Source: the human T2T-CHM13v2.0 reference genome, Homo sapiens. From it: DNA of 64,000 nt. A program made the position numbers and the translations under genes. Of the stretch, positions 32,917 to 46,484 are shown piece after piece (the first letter of the stretch is position 1; the number at the start of each line of letters is the position of its first letter). The notes under the pieces are model-generated. The model ran no database searches. It had not been told where the DNA came from and saw only the letters and a program-made list of their open reading frames with translations. The stretch lies in NCBI RefSeq assembly GCF_009914755.1, contig NC_060925.1; one strand, written 5' to 3'.

Positions 32917-34849
32917 CCAAGGTATTTCTTATTGCTCTTCCTTCCCAGCCCATGCTAGGTATATCACATCGAAAAGGCATTCTGTGTGTCCAAATCACTT
33001 CTGATTTGCTGCAATTCATCTTGATGAAATGGGAAGCTGTGGTTCTGCAGCTCTGGTAACAGTTAGGAAACTGCCAGCAAAGCAGTAGGAACTAAGCAAG
33101 GTGCATTTCAGTGTTAGCTGAAATTGCTGCTATAGTTGGTCCCTTACCTGACTCTCTTTCCTAAGAAGTAAATTGGTCTTCAGATAAATTTTGCCTGTTA
33201 GATTCCTTGGCCAAGTCTTTAGCCAAACCAACCAATAAGCCATCCTTTGAATAGCAAATGCCCTGATCACCATCAGTGGTTATGCTCCTGGCTATTTTTC
33301 TCATAATAGCAATGGGCCTGTGTTAACCACACATTGTCTCTCCTTTGGTTCCCTGGGTGGCGGATGGCACTCCCCTTGTGAGGCGGTTTGGCCCTGCAGC
33401 CTTTGCCTGGATAATGGCCTATCTTGATATCTTGGCTTTGGACTTCTTAGAGCACACTCTCATGAATGAGCAAATGGTCCTTGGCCAGACTCCTAAAAAT
33501 AACTTGTTTTGCCTGCTGCCTCGACATCTGACTGCAAAGTTGGTGCTATGTATTATTAAGTAAATGTGAATTTAACAAAAGTGTGCTGTGGTTTATGCAC
33601 TGTTAATCTTACGCTGTGCTTTGAAACAACGTCAGGGTTTCTATGGACTTTTTTGAGTTGACATCTGAATCTGGGTATACCAGAGCCCTGGGTTCTTTTA
33701 CTTACCCCTGTGAAATCTCTTATGCAGGGGTTGGCTTGGTTTTCTCCTCAAGGCCTGGTGTCATGCAACAAAAACTGTGTATGTGCACGGTCATATTTTC
33801 ATCTGTGTGCAGGCTGCCCCCTTGGGGTTTCAACATTAGTATTTGCTGATTTTTCCTGCCATATACATTTAAGTGCAAAGAGTTTCATTTAGACGTAGAA
33901 AGGCCTGGAGGTGTGAGGAGGTGTAATTTTTCAGTAATGAGCTTAGCATATATAAAAAGGTAATGGGCAGTTTTATAAGGACTATTTATAAACTACTGAA
34001 GGGGAAAAAAGCACACTCCATTCTTGTTATTAGGATGAGGCAAGCTAGACAAAAAGACTGTTCATTCAAGTTTAACTTATCTATATCAAAAGACTCAGAA
34101 TAGATGAAAATCGGTATTTCAAAAAGACAGCAGGCTAAATAAAAAATTCCACACAATGTTCATCCCAAGTAGTCTTTTTTTTTTTTCCTTTCTGTCTGTA
34201 GCTTGAGCACTGGAGATAATAAAGGAATCTGAAAAATGATAATCTCATTTTTTAGTTATTTGATAGTCTCACAACTGTAATCCAATGTTTTGACATTGAC
34301 TGGCCTCTTGTTTGAAAGTATCTTTGGTTATAGACCAGGTTGTTCTGAACTGGAAATGATGTACTTTCTGGGTTTTCTAAAGAAAAAAAATATTAGGCAT
34401 ATTTAATCATACTCTAACCACTTATTTACCAAGGAATGCATTAATTCTTTTAATGGTGTTAAATGAGTATCCAGACTGTTACGGTTTCTGTAGTTGTTAA
34501 TAGTCCACCTGCACTTATTCAGTCTTTCTTTTTTTGAGTGTTCATATGTTCACAGAAACTCAGTCCAGATGGTTAGGAATTGGATAAGTTGTTTAAGACG
34601 GTGGCACGTTATAAAGATACCCAGACTAGTCCCTGCATCTTAGGGGTGGGGACAGAGACTGCAGTGAGGTTAAGCATTTCACTCATGATCACACAGTCAC
34701 CGGTGACTGAGGACATGAATTTAGTCTTTTCAGATCAAGCTGGTGACCAAAGGCTGTGACAACTGCATTCAAAGCCCCAAGTAACAATATGCTTCGTTCA
34801 ACTGCAGAGGTAAGCCAGGCCAGGGTTTCTTGATCTTTGACGAGCAACG

Positions 34850-35020
34850 GCTTCAACAGGGAGGCTTTAAAAGGCACATATCCTCGGATCCCATGCCAAG
34901 ACCCTATCCTTGGAGATTTGGGTTCAGTAAGTCTGAGGTGGGACCCTGGTACCAGTATTGTGGGAAAAGCCCCCAGGCGATTCTGATGAGCATTAAAGGT
35001 CGTGAATTAGTGACCGAGGC
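34850..35020. mobile_element. MER5A-like fragment
   Basis: ttcagtaagtctgaggtgggaccc...ccccaggcgattctgatg. Confidence 0.55.
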
Positions 35021-36370
35021 CCGTGGTCAGATCTACAAGCCTGGACACATGGAGAAAGATTTGGGGGAAAGAAGGGATTAGTCTAGTTCTGGCTCCATAC
35101 CAGAAGGCACAGGAGGGCTGAAGAATTCCTGATGGTTTTCCTACAGCTCAGAGCCACGGTCAGGCAGCTGAGCAATCCCTCCTCCTTCTCTAAGCCACAA
35201 ACCTCTGGCAGATACTTGGTGATTTCCTTATGGTAGACGAGAGTGGAATAATTACATGTTAGGAACTTTATCCTCTACATCTCTTTAGAGATGCTAGGGC
35301 TCCCTGTGGGCTGCAGGGCTAGGCATTCTCAGGCAACCTCTCATTCTTTACCAGAAACGAAGACCACGCCCCGCCTCTCAAGTCTCCCTCTTGGTGATCT
35401 TCTTCTCCCAGTCCTGCGGGGTCCTCGTCATTCACATTCGTGGTTCAAAAACTATTTCAGTGCCTGCTACGTGCCAGGACTGTTAGACATGTGACCCCAG
35501 TTATTCTAAACCCAAATAACCCCCAAATGGGGCTTCCTTGAAACATACCAAAAACAAATCAAAAGTCTTTTCATTTTTAACTTCAAATTGTTTCCTGGTT
35601 TTAGAAAAGTATTTTTGTACAATTTCCTCTTGTACCCTAAATAAACATCAATACTTCAGATTTTAGTTAATAGAAAAATTTTAAATTCATTTTTGTATTT
35701 CCAGTGAACAAGCCAAAGAGTTAAATCTTGCTTCATTTTCCCCCTAAGAAATAGACAAATCTCCTAAAATTTACCTTCTGCCTATCATATGCCTCAAAAC
35801 TCTGAAAAAAAGCTGAACTTCAAAAATCAAACCATCAAAGGAAACAACAGTGAACAGTAACAACATCTTCTGGACAGTTCTGAAAATAGAGGCTGTAAAA
35901 TTTTTATAAAAATGCAAGAAAGAGTCTCATGATAAAATGTGATGGATAATAACTTGCCTTATGATGCAGGCCACAAACTCATTATTAAGCCGAAATGGAA
36001 TTTTAAACATTATTCCTTTTGCATCTATCATTTTTATCTCAATCATGTTTCCTGAAATGGATTGTCTTTGGTAATTGTCCAGAATTTGTGGGAAACGTTG
36101 GTTCAATAAAACCATCGTGATTGATTTTTTGGAGGAAAATAGAATTCTATCTATATATCTGTCTGTCTGACTGTCTGTTTTTGAAGTGTCTCACCCTGTT
36201 AAAAAAAATACCCTAAATGATCTTATTTTGCCCAAGTATCAGGTAGCTTTTTATAACAATAGCCTATAAAATACACAACAGTAGTATAAAAGGAAATGAA
36301 AAAGCTCTATCTGCCTCAATGATCCATTGTTATCTCTAGCAATATGCTCCCAGACTACAAGTTAAGTGAA

Positions 36371-36985
<615 letters not shown>

Positions 36986-37689
36986 ATAAAGCCCTATGGA
37001 AGCTTTCCTTAACGTCCTCTATAGATGTTCAAAAATTATGCCTCATCATGGGAAAGCACACAAACAAGGAAGAAGGGCAACAGTAGGAATAAGAAGAACA
37101 GTAGCTGGCCAGGGCTTGAGATCAAAGCCACACCATTTCTGGAGGCTCATCTTCCATTATTAGAAATGTCTGAGTCTTAGATGCTTCAATATTAAGATGA
37201 CATAAGAAGACGATTTTGTGACATAGTGAGTTGTATCCTTGAGCATGTGGACCTTGTTAAGTGGGCCTTTAGAAAATAAATTTAAAACAGGGATATTGGA
37301 AACTATATTTTCTGTTTATTTACTAGGTAAGAGAAGGCTATGCTCTTGTTTGTTCTTTCTGGGAATACAGCTAGACTAAATTTCTCAGACTCTCTTGCAG
37401 TTAATTTTGGGCCATACAACAGAGTTCTGGCCAATAGCTTGTTGGTAGAAGCGTCAAATGCCACCCTAGGCATGGACCATGTTAAATCTCCTTGTATAAT
37501 CCTATGTGATATCTATTTCTATTCTGTGGGGACTTGGGAGGCCATATATGGAAGATGATTGGAGTCTCCGGTGGCCGAGATGGAAAAAGATTGGTCTCTG
37601 AATAATTGCATGGAAGAGGGTCCCACATTCTTCTCCCCGCCAACCAGAACACATTGGGCTAGTCTATCCTCAGAAATAAACCTTTCTGC

Positions 37690-38170
37690 CCTTTGATCAG
37701 CATCTCCTCATTCTCCTCACCCCTGGTAACTGCCATTCCATTCTCTGCTTCTATGAGTTCAACTTTTTAGAGTCCACATATAAGTGAGATCACGCAGCAT
37801 CTGTCTTTCTGTGTCTGCCTTATTTCACTTAGCATGACAGCCTTTCAGTTCATCCATGTCACAAATGACAGGATCTCCTTTTTAAACGCTGACTAGTATT
37901 CCGTTGTACATATACCATGTTTTCCTTATCTATTCACCTGTCGATGGACACTTAGATTGATTCCATACCCGGACTATTGTGAATAGTGCTGCAATGAATA
38001 TGAGAGTGCAGATATCTCTTCAACATACTGACTTCATTTCCTTTAGATGTAACCCAGGAATAGGAGTGCTGGATCATATATTAGTGTTATTTTAATTTTT
38101 TTAGGAACCCCCCCACCCTGCCATACAGTTTTCCATAATGGCTGCACCAATGTATATCTCCACCAACCTT
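37690..38170 (-). mobile_element. L1MA/MB-type 3' fragment, antisense
   Basis: ttctctgcttctatgagttcaac, ccacatataagtgagatca, gctgcaatgaatatgagagtgcagatatctctt. Confidence 0.85.
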
Positions 38171-38881
38171 GATTTATTTATTATGGAAACGAAGTTGGGA
38201 AGGATGCAGTCCTGGGCTGGTATGGTAATTTTAGGAAGTCATTAAATTAAGAAACTTCCTCCAGCTCTCCTCTCCAGCCTCCTTATAATGTGGCTCTCAT
38301 CCTTGTGGTCCATCATGTCAGCCCAAGCTCCAGCCATCACGTCCATATTCCAGACAATAGAAAGCAACCAAGAAGAAAGGGTCAAAAGGCATATTCATGG
38401 TCTTTTAAGGAAGCTTCCTGTAAACTGCACAAAACACTTCCACGTGCATTTCATTGTCCAGAATTTGTCATAGGGAGCTATCTAGCTGCAAAGAAAGCTG
38501 GGAAAGCTTTACTTGGGGGCAGTCATGTACTTGAGAGTTTTGTCACTAAAGAAGAAGGGGAGAACAGCTATTGGGGTAGGGGACCAGAAGACTTTGCTAC
38601 AGTTAATAACTGCAAGCTTCCTACTGTGAGGGAAAAATTAGCGTATACAAAATGCAATTTTAGACACACACATGTGTTCATGTATACACTTCTTTGTTTA
38701 CACTTAAACATATGTAACATATAGAGCTTGCCATTTTCACCCTAGTCTTAGCCCATCAGAATTCCTCTGTAGTCAGTGAATTAACTATTCTCCAGTGTTT
38801 TGGGCATAAATGTAACTTTACCTGATGGCAAAAGAAAAATAAGGATACTTTACATTTTGTGTATCAGCATGCATAGAAATA

Positions 38882-40076
38882 CAGTCATGTGCCACCTAAT
38901 GATGTTTTGGTCACCAATGAACTGCAAATATGATGGTCCCATAGGATTATGAGCTAAAAACTTCCTATCACTTAGTGACACAGCCATTGTACCATCATAG
39001 CACAATGCATTACACATTTTTCCAGTGATGTCGGTATAAACAAACCTACCTGTGCTATCAGTTGTATAAAAGTACAGTACATGCATTTATGTACAATAAA
39101 TAATACTTGATAATGATACTAAACAACGATGTCATTGATTTATGTTTTTACTACACTATACTTTTATTATTATATTTTAGAGTGTACTCCTTCTACTTAT
39201 TTTTTTAAAAAAAAGTTAACTGCAAAACAGCCTCAGGTCAGTCCTTCAGTAGGTGTTCTAGAAGAAGGCACCGTTATCACAGGAGATGACAGCTCCACGT
39301 GTGTTACTGCCCCGAAGACCTTCCAGTGAAAGATGATGTGACATGGATGATCCTGACCCTGTGTAGACCTAGGTTAATGTGTGTCTTTGCATCTCAGCGT
39401 TTCACAAAAAAGTTTAAAAAGTAAAAAACGAATTTTAAAAATAGAAAAAAGCTCATAGAATATGGATAGAAATATTTTTTGTACAGCTGTACAATAAATA
39501 TGTTTATGTTTTAAGCTAAGTGTTATCCCAAAAGAGACAAAAAGTTTTTAAAAAATTGAAAAGTTTACAAAGTAAAAAAGTGACTGTAAGCTAAGGTTAA
39601 TTTACTAGTGAAAAAAATTTTTAAATAAATTTAGTGTAGCCTAAGTGTACGTACCATGTTCACAGAAGGTCTACAGTAGTGGACAGTGACGTTCTAGGCC
39701 TTCGCATTGACCTGCCCTCACCCACTGACTCACCCAGAGCAACTTCCAGTCCTGCAAGCTCCATTCATGGTACGTCTCCTATACTGGTGCGCCATTTTAT
39801 ATCTTTTATTCCTTATTTTTACTGTACTTTTTTTTATGTTTAGAAACACAGACACTTACCATTGTGTTACAATTGCTTACGCTATTCAGCGTAGTAACAA
39901 GCTGCACAGATTTTTAGTCTAGGAGCAACAGGCTACTACACCTTATAGCCTAGGTGTGTAGTAGGTTATCGCATCTAGGTCTGTGTGAGTGCAGTCTATG
40001 TTGTTTACACGATGACAAAATTGCCTAACGATGCATTTCTCAGCACGTATACCTGTCATTAAGTGATTCATGGCTG
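38882..40076 (-). mobile_element. Tigger3b-like (TcMar-Tigger) non-autonomous DNA transposon, ~1.2 kb, both ends present
   Basis: Termini CAGTCATG... and ...CATGGCTG flanked by TA on both sides; characteristic aaattgcctaacgatgcatttctcag and tagcctaggtgtgtagtagg. Confidence 0.85.
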
Positions 40077-43000
40077 TAAGTAATTACATGCATGTGTCAG
40101 TATAACACGCTCTGCTATTGTTTCAATGTAAGCACGGCAAGTATTGTGCTCATCGCATTGGACTTAGAGATGGATATTCCCTATTCTGAGTCTGTTTATG
40201 TCAGTGCATGTGTTTGAGCGAATCGCAAGAACTTGCTAATACCTTCCATTTCTATAGTGCCTCCTACTTTATAGAATTGTGGAGACATTCTGTTAGAATA
40301 AATATAAAACAGATAACTCTCTTTACATTGGATGTGTGGTAGATACCTTTCTTTATCATGTTTCCTGTGTACTCTATTTCACAGGCACATAATACATACA
40401 CCAAATTTCCTCCCTATTTTCTATGACATCAAGGACCATGCCCCACCCCCATGTAATATTATATTATTTTGTTTTAAAATCGTATCTATCCTTCTCCCTC
40501 ATTCCCCACCCACCTATCTGGGTACACTCCAACATTGTATTTGTCCATGCTACTACCCCCCTAATATAACAGAATAAGGAACGTTTCATACCAAAGATTT
40601 AGGATTTTCAGTACATTCAGCGATCAGGTGTTGGAAGCATCCAAAAAGTGACCTCTAGAAAACTAGGGCTAAATGGTTTACATTTTACACTGTCTAAACG
40701 CTTCACAAAGGACTATCTCTTAATTTCCCACTAACCCTATAATTAAAGAGCATGCTATCATCGTCATGCCTGTTTTTACGGAAGTGCAAACTAAGGCTTG
40801 CCTAAGTTAAAGTACAGCTACATAGCGAGGGGCAACCTGACGCCAACTGCACATGGTCTGCCCCCAAAGCCCATGATTCGAATCACGATGCCATGATTCG
40901 AATCATCAGCATGGCCCTGATGATCGGTATCCAGGGTCCCCACAGAGCCGCTTTGCCAAACAACGCACGTTTGGGGAGCACCGCTTTATACAGCGTGCTC
41001 TGCTCGGAGACACAATCCCTCCCTGGGAAGGCCTACAGTCTAATTCGGAAAATAACGTTATCATATAAAATGACTGGAATACCAAATACCCTATCCACAA
41101 GAAACCACTGATGTCCAGGCCGAGGCGGCCTCGTGACTGTAGGAGAATTAAGAATCGTGGGGGATTCGTGGCTGCTGACATATTGTTGCAGACCACCTTG
41201 CCTCACTATAAAAGCTGAACTAGTTTGAGGCAAAGGTTTTTTGGGTTTTGTTTTCAGGCAAATCGTGTCTTGCCATGAATTAACCACCAACCCTCTTCAT
41301 GTGCACTCACTCATCCCCCTGCCACCCCAGTCATTTATTTGCAATCACGTTCGCATATTCTGGGCACTGGAAGTTGGTTCAGTTAACAAGGAAGAAGGAA
41401 ACTGATAAAGATATTGTTAATGGATCTCTTTGTGCATAAAAAGAACTCCCATCTTCCCTCCCACATGCTGTCCTGAATTCCCCTTTTCCTTCTTCTCAAA
41501 GTTTTACTTTTTCTCGGAATGTCTGTGTGTGCCATATGACAGTGATTTTCTGTGGTAATTGCTTTATTCTTCAATAAGAACCTTTACAATAGCAAACTCC
41601 TACAATACTTATGTGTAAATTAGGGCTGTTCCAAAGCAAAAAATTGAAACTTGCACGTCGTCATTTTTGATAAATTAAAAAAAAATCCCCTTGAATGTGA
41701 GAATGTTTGTCTTGTGCCAAAAAAAAAAATTAATTCTTTTCTGCATCTAGAGTTTCATGCGTTTGGGTTTACATTACAGGATCTCAGAGAGAATAGATCA
41801 TTAATTCATTTCAACACAGTCAGCTTACCAAGAAAAAGTGTGTTTCATTCTGCTTTATACAAAAGTCGGGTGCAATTGTATAGAAATGCAATTTTACAAT
41901 TAAAGTGCTCTCGGGCTTATGAACACTGTTCATAAGTCGGCTGGCTGTGGAGGGTAGAGGGTGGCTGCGTCCCCAAACAGCAGGGCCCAGCAAGAGGGAA
42001 AAGCCACACACCTTCTCTGAGGGGCCCCCCAAAAAATGATCGCGGTAGCAGTAGCTTTATTTTGCTCACTTGCAATAGCAACAACAAAATGATGCCACAG
42101 ACGAAAACTGTCATGTCCCACCCGCTCCATCTGTCCTGTGCTGTGCACCCTCATTCTACAAATTAATCTTTCACACATTTTTTAACAAAAAAGTGTTCAT
42201 GTTATAAAAGAAAAAAAAAACAAGGAAAACAGAAAAGGCTGTGTAGAAAATAAATTAAATTTAAATTTGATGGCAGTTATGACTTTTTTTATTGACTATA
42301 AGAGCAAACAGTCACATCAAATTGGTGCCACTGGCATATAATTAAAACTACAGGGCACCCTTAATGATCTCTGACAATGATCGCGTGTGTTTTTTTTTAA
42401 ATATAGCACGCACATTTTGTCCAATTTGGGCTCTTTTTTCCTGTTGCTTTTGTCCTCTTTCTGAGTGGATATTATTCATGAACTGAGTCTTTATTATCTA
42501 TTTGGCCATCTGCATAGCATTGGCCATAGTCCCCTGTATTGTAATTTTGAGTGAAAATAAGGACTGCTGGAGATTGCAACACTAAAAATAAATAATAGTA
42601 ATAACACGCTTTAAGAACTCAGAAGTAAAAAGCATAAAGAAAAACATTTGGGCTGGAGGTGAGCTTTGGAGATATGTGGCTTGAAGGTGGGGGTGAAACA
42701 GAAATCATTCCATTCTCTCATTCAGCATAATAGAAGCTGGATATTCACTCTGACCAAACTAACATCTAGTTGCCTTGATAAGATAATAGGCGATTCTGAA
42801 AGCGATGCTTCCTCATGCTGGATTGTCTTTGAAAGAAAACAAATATTTGTTCTCTTGGTACTCTCTTGCTTCAGAAGTCCACAGACTTCTTCGTGGAGGG
42901 ACAGCCAGTAGCACAGCCTCCTTTGGCTATCAAGATTTTAGCTACTGAATATTCATCTTTATCACGTATTAGGTCCCTTGCTTTTAGTTTAGTGAAGGCA

Positions 43001-46000
43001 GATTTTTTAAAAAGTTAAAATAATAGAACACATTTCCAGTTAAACAAAATATGCATGGGGGAAAATGAACTAACTGAAAACTAGTATAATTGTTTTATTT
43101 CTAAAACATTGTCTAATTTTATTTGGTTTCTTCCATTCTTCCCCCCAACCCTTTGGATCTTTTCTTTTCTTTCTTTCTGAAATTCTCTTCATCAGGGTTT
43201 GCTTGCCTTTTTTTCTTTCCACTTGTCAGATCTTCCCTGCAGCCTGTGGAAGGCCATCAAACCAGCTGATTGAAAGATGAATATGAGCTAGCTAAGAAAC
43301 ATCTCCCTGAGCAGAGTAAATATGCAAGACTATCATATATGAAAAGAACATTTTTGTTTCAAGTGGAAATGTATAGTAGTCTATTTGATTTTTAATGTTC
43401 CTTGATTTTTTTTTGCTCATAGTTTATTCCTATTAAACTTGAGGAATATACAATTAAAGCTTTGCTTCCTCTTTCTCTCTTTCTCATGCTTTCTCTCTCT
43501 CTTTTTCATGCACACAAACTGCTTGGGCTTACTACCAAAGCAGAATGAATTCTGTCAATTATCTCATTATTTAGAAAATGAGTTATTTACTTGCATTAAA
43601 TTATGGTTTAAAATAACTTTCTTGTTGTATTTCTCTTTCCTTCCAAAATTGGTTCATGTATGTATACAGTAATAGCCTGAATGGCATAAAATTTTCAAAT
43701 TTGGAAAGTTTGAGCTAATCACTTTAATATCCATATTGACTTACCTAAAAATAATGAAGAAGTTCTAAAATCAAAAGAGATAACCCAGTTTCCAAAATAG
43801 CCACATGTGTATTTGCTCATGGCGGATAAAATTTAGGGCATATGTATTTATTTATTTTCATACCTATTTAACTTGTATAGAGAGGGTATGTTGGTCATTT
43901 AAAAAAATGATTAAGAGTTAATTTATCACTTTTAAGACTAATTTAATTCCAAATATTCCAATAGCCCCATAATACTAAACTTTTGTATCTAGCATTAATA
44001 TTAACTTTAATTAACATTATATGTTTATATATTAATATTATATCTGTTAGTTACCTCCATGAGATCTGCAGAAAATAAAAATGTAATGATATTTTACACA
44101 CCTGTTTTAAGCCACATCATTCCATTTTCTCTAAATTGGTGTGATAATCATTGATATTTTAAAACTTATCCAGATGTACATTTAATAATACAGTACAGAT
44201 TTCTCTTTAACAAACTATATTTCAAGTCTGAGTCTCTAAAAAAAAAAAAAATTCCTCCCCCCAAATAGCAAAATCCATAGAGTATGCACAGTTGACAGTC
44301 AAAATTTCCACTCTTCTAACATAAGAATAAAGTGATAAAAAAACATGACCTTAAAAATATTCTTTTAACAATATGATATAATATGAATACTTTAAATAAT
44401 ACTAAAAGACATTATACTTGTGTGAAGTGGTCTGGGCCAATATCACATGCCTCAGTCCTTCCTTTGTGTTGTTCCTCTAGTCCCCACCTCCTGCTAAAGT
44501 ATTATACCAAATATTATCTGATACTAAACATTAACTCTTAACCATAGCCTACAACTGCCCTGAGTTGAACTAGAAATTCCAAGGCAGAATGACAAACAGG
44601 GCCTCCCTCTCCACTCACTCTCATTCTGTGGGAGTTTTAGAGTTGTTTAGGAAAGCAGGATTTGAAGAATGACATCCTAGCATGCTTAGGTAAAGTATGT
44701 TCATTCTAGAATATTTCTGTAGCTGTTTGTAAATGTCACAGACTGATCATCTCAGAAGCTATGTAAGAAGAAGGGATCTCAATCAAATGTCTGACCAGAT
44801 CCCTCCTTATGGCCGTAAGAGTTTAATTTTCATTTAAACAACAATAAATAAAGGCATAAGGGTTTGAGATGAATTATGTAAGCCCTTTAGCTACAACCAT
44901 TACATTCTGCCACCAAATGAGCTGCTGTTCTCACTTTGTTTTATGGGTTCTGCGTAGCCTGTGTTATTATATCTGCCAAATAAAACCCAGCAAACCATGC
45001 AAATGAAAATATAATCTTTTATCTCTCATAGTCACCGGATGCACCCAAATATATAATTTTATCAGTTCCTCTGCACCAAATTTACTGCTACTAGGACCCT
45101 ACTGTCTTAATAGGACCTACAGAAAGGGAAAACATTTCTTGCTTGGAGGTATCTTCGTTTATATCCACCAATAGCATATGTCTGTAGTTGAAGCTACACT
45201 TGAAAAGTCAGGAATAATTCCTTTCATTATATTTTTAGCTTGTTTATGTGGTTCGATTGAGATCATGGATGTATCCTCAAGGATAAACACCCAAATGACT
45301 ATGTGTTTTCAAAGCATGGCAGATTCTAATTTGTTTAAAAACAATGGAGTTTTTTCTTTTGATTTCAGAGTGGCCTAAATATCTGAAGAAAAATGACTTA
45401 GTGAATTGTTGATGAACTAGCTCTGCAACTCACCAATCTTAATTTGGGGCCTTGGACAAGTCACTTAGCCATTCCATTTCAACATTCTCCTCCAAGTAAT
45501 GAAAATAACAACACATCTTATGCCTATAAGCGATGTTTGAGGAATAACTCACCTCTAAAATGCCTCAAGGATGAAACATCTCTTCTATATCCTAAAGAAT
45601 CGCTATGCTTCTCCCAGGAGTAAAGTCTCTACCACATCCATCTGGGATATTTCTAGGTTGGGTCAGAGTGCACCCCCAAAAAGTAAATAGATGCTTTTCT
45701 GGTAGTCTACATAATAAGCTGTCCTTCATCCCAAGTTTAAAGGGAGCAGTTGAACATGTAAAGCATTGCTAATCCCGCTGGCCTTGGAAAAATGCAAAGG
45801 TGTAAGTTATTTCTTTTCATTATCTCCCTTCCCTTTTCCCCGCCTTCCCCTTTCTTTTCCTTCTCTTCTGCCCTCTCCCTTCTTTCCTTCTGTTCTCTCC
45901 CTCCCTCCCTTTCTAGACTATTTCTTGAATGCGTATTATGTGCCAAGCACCATTCTAGGTGCTAAGGATACAGCTATTATCATAGAAGAGTCCCCATCCT

Positions 46001-46449
46001 GAGGAAGCTTACATCCCACCAAGGAAGATAGGAAACAAAAAATAGGTGGGTATCTTTGATAATGGGAATTTTCCTGGTTCACTTTATCAAAGTAGTTCAA
46101 GAGTGTTTCCTTCCAATGCTAGTTCGTGCATCTGGTTATGAGCCAGGCCAGATGTTTTGTACAGAGGCTGATGTAATTCCAACCAGGCCTGATGCATGAT
46201 AGGGATTCAGTGGCTGTTGAAGGAATGAATTTATTTCTGAAATGTGATTAGTTAGGTTAACAAATAGTTCAAATTACTCAATGAAATGTCAATACATACC
46301 TACAATTTCCCTATAAGGTCAACCTAAAACTACGCAATGAATGTGCTATGAAATTCTTATCTCTATTAAGAAAAATCTAGTTCATATTAAGCCAATCTTA
46401 CCAGAAAAACCAGCCAAACTAGTAACTTAGGTATATGAGTGTGCATGTG

Positions 46450-46452
<3 letters not shown>

Positions 46453-46482
<30 letters not shown>
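46453..46482. repeat. (CA)n microsatellite
   Basis: Seen directly in the sequence. Confidence 0.95.
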
Positions 46483-46484
<2 letters not shown>

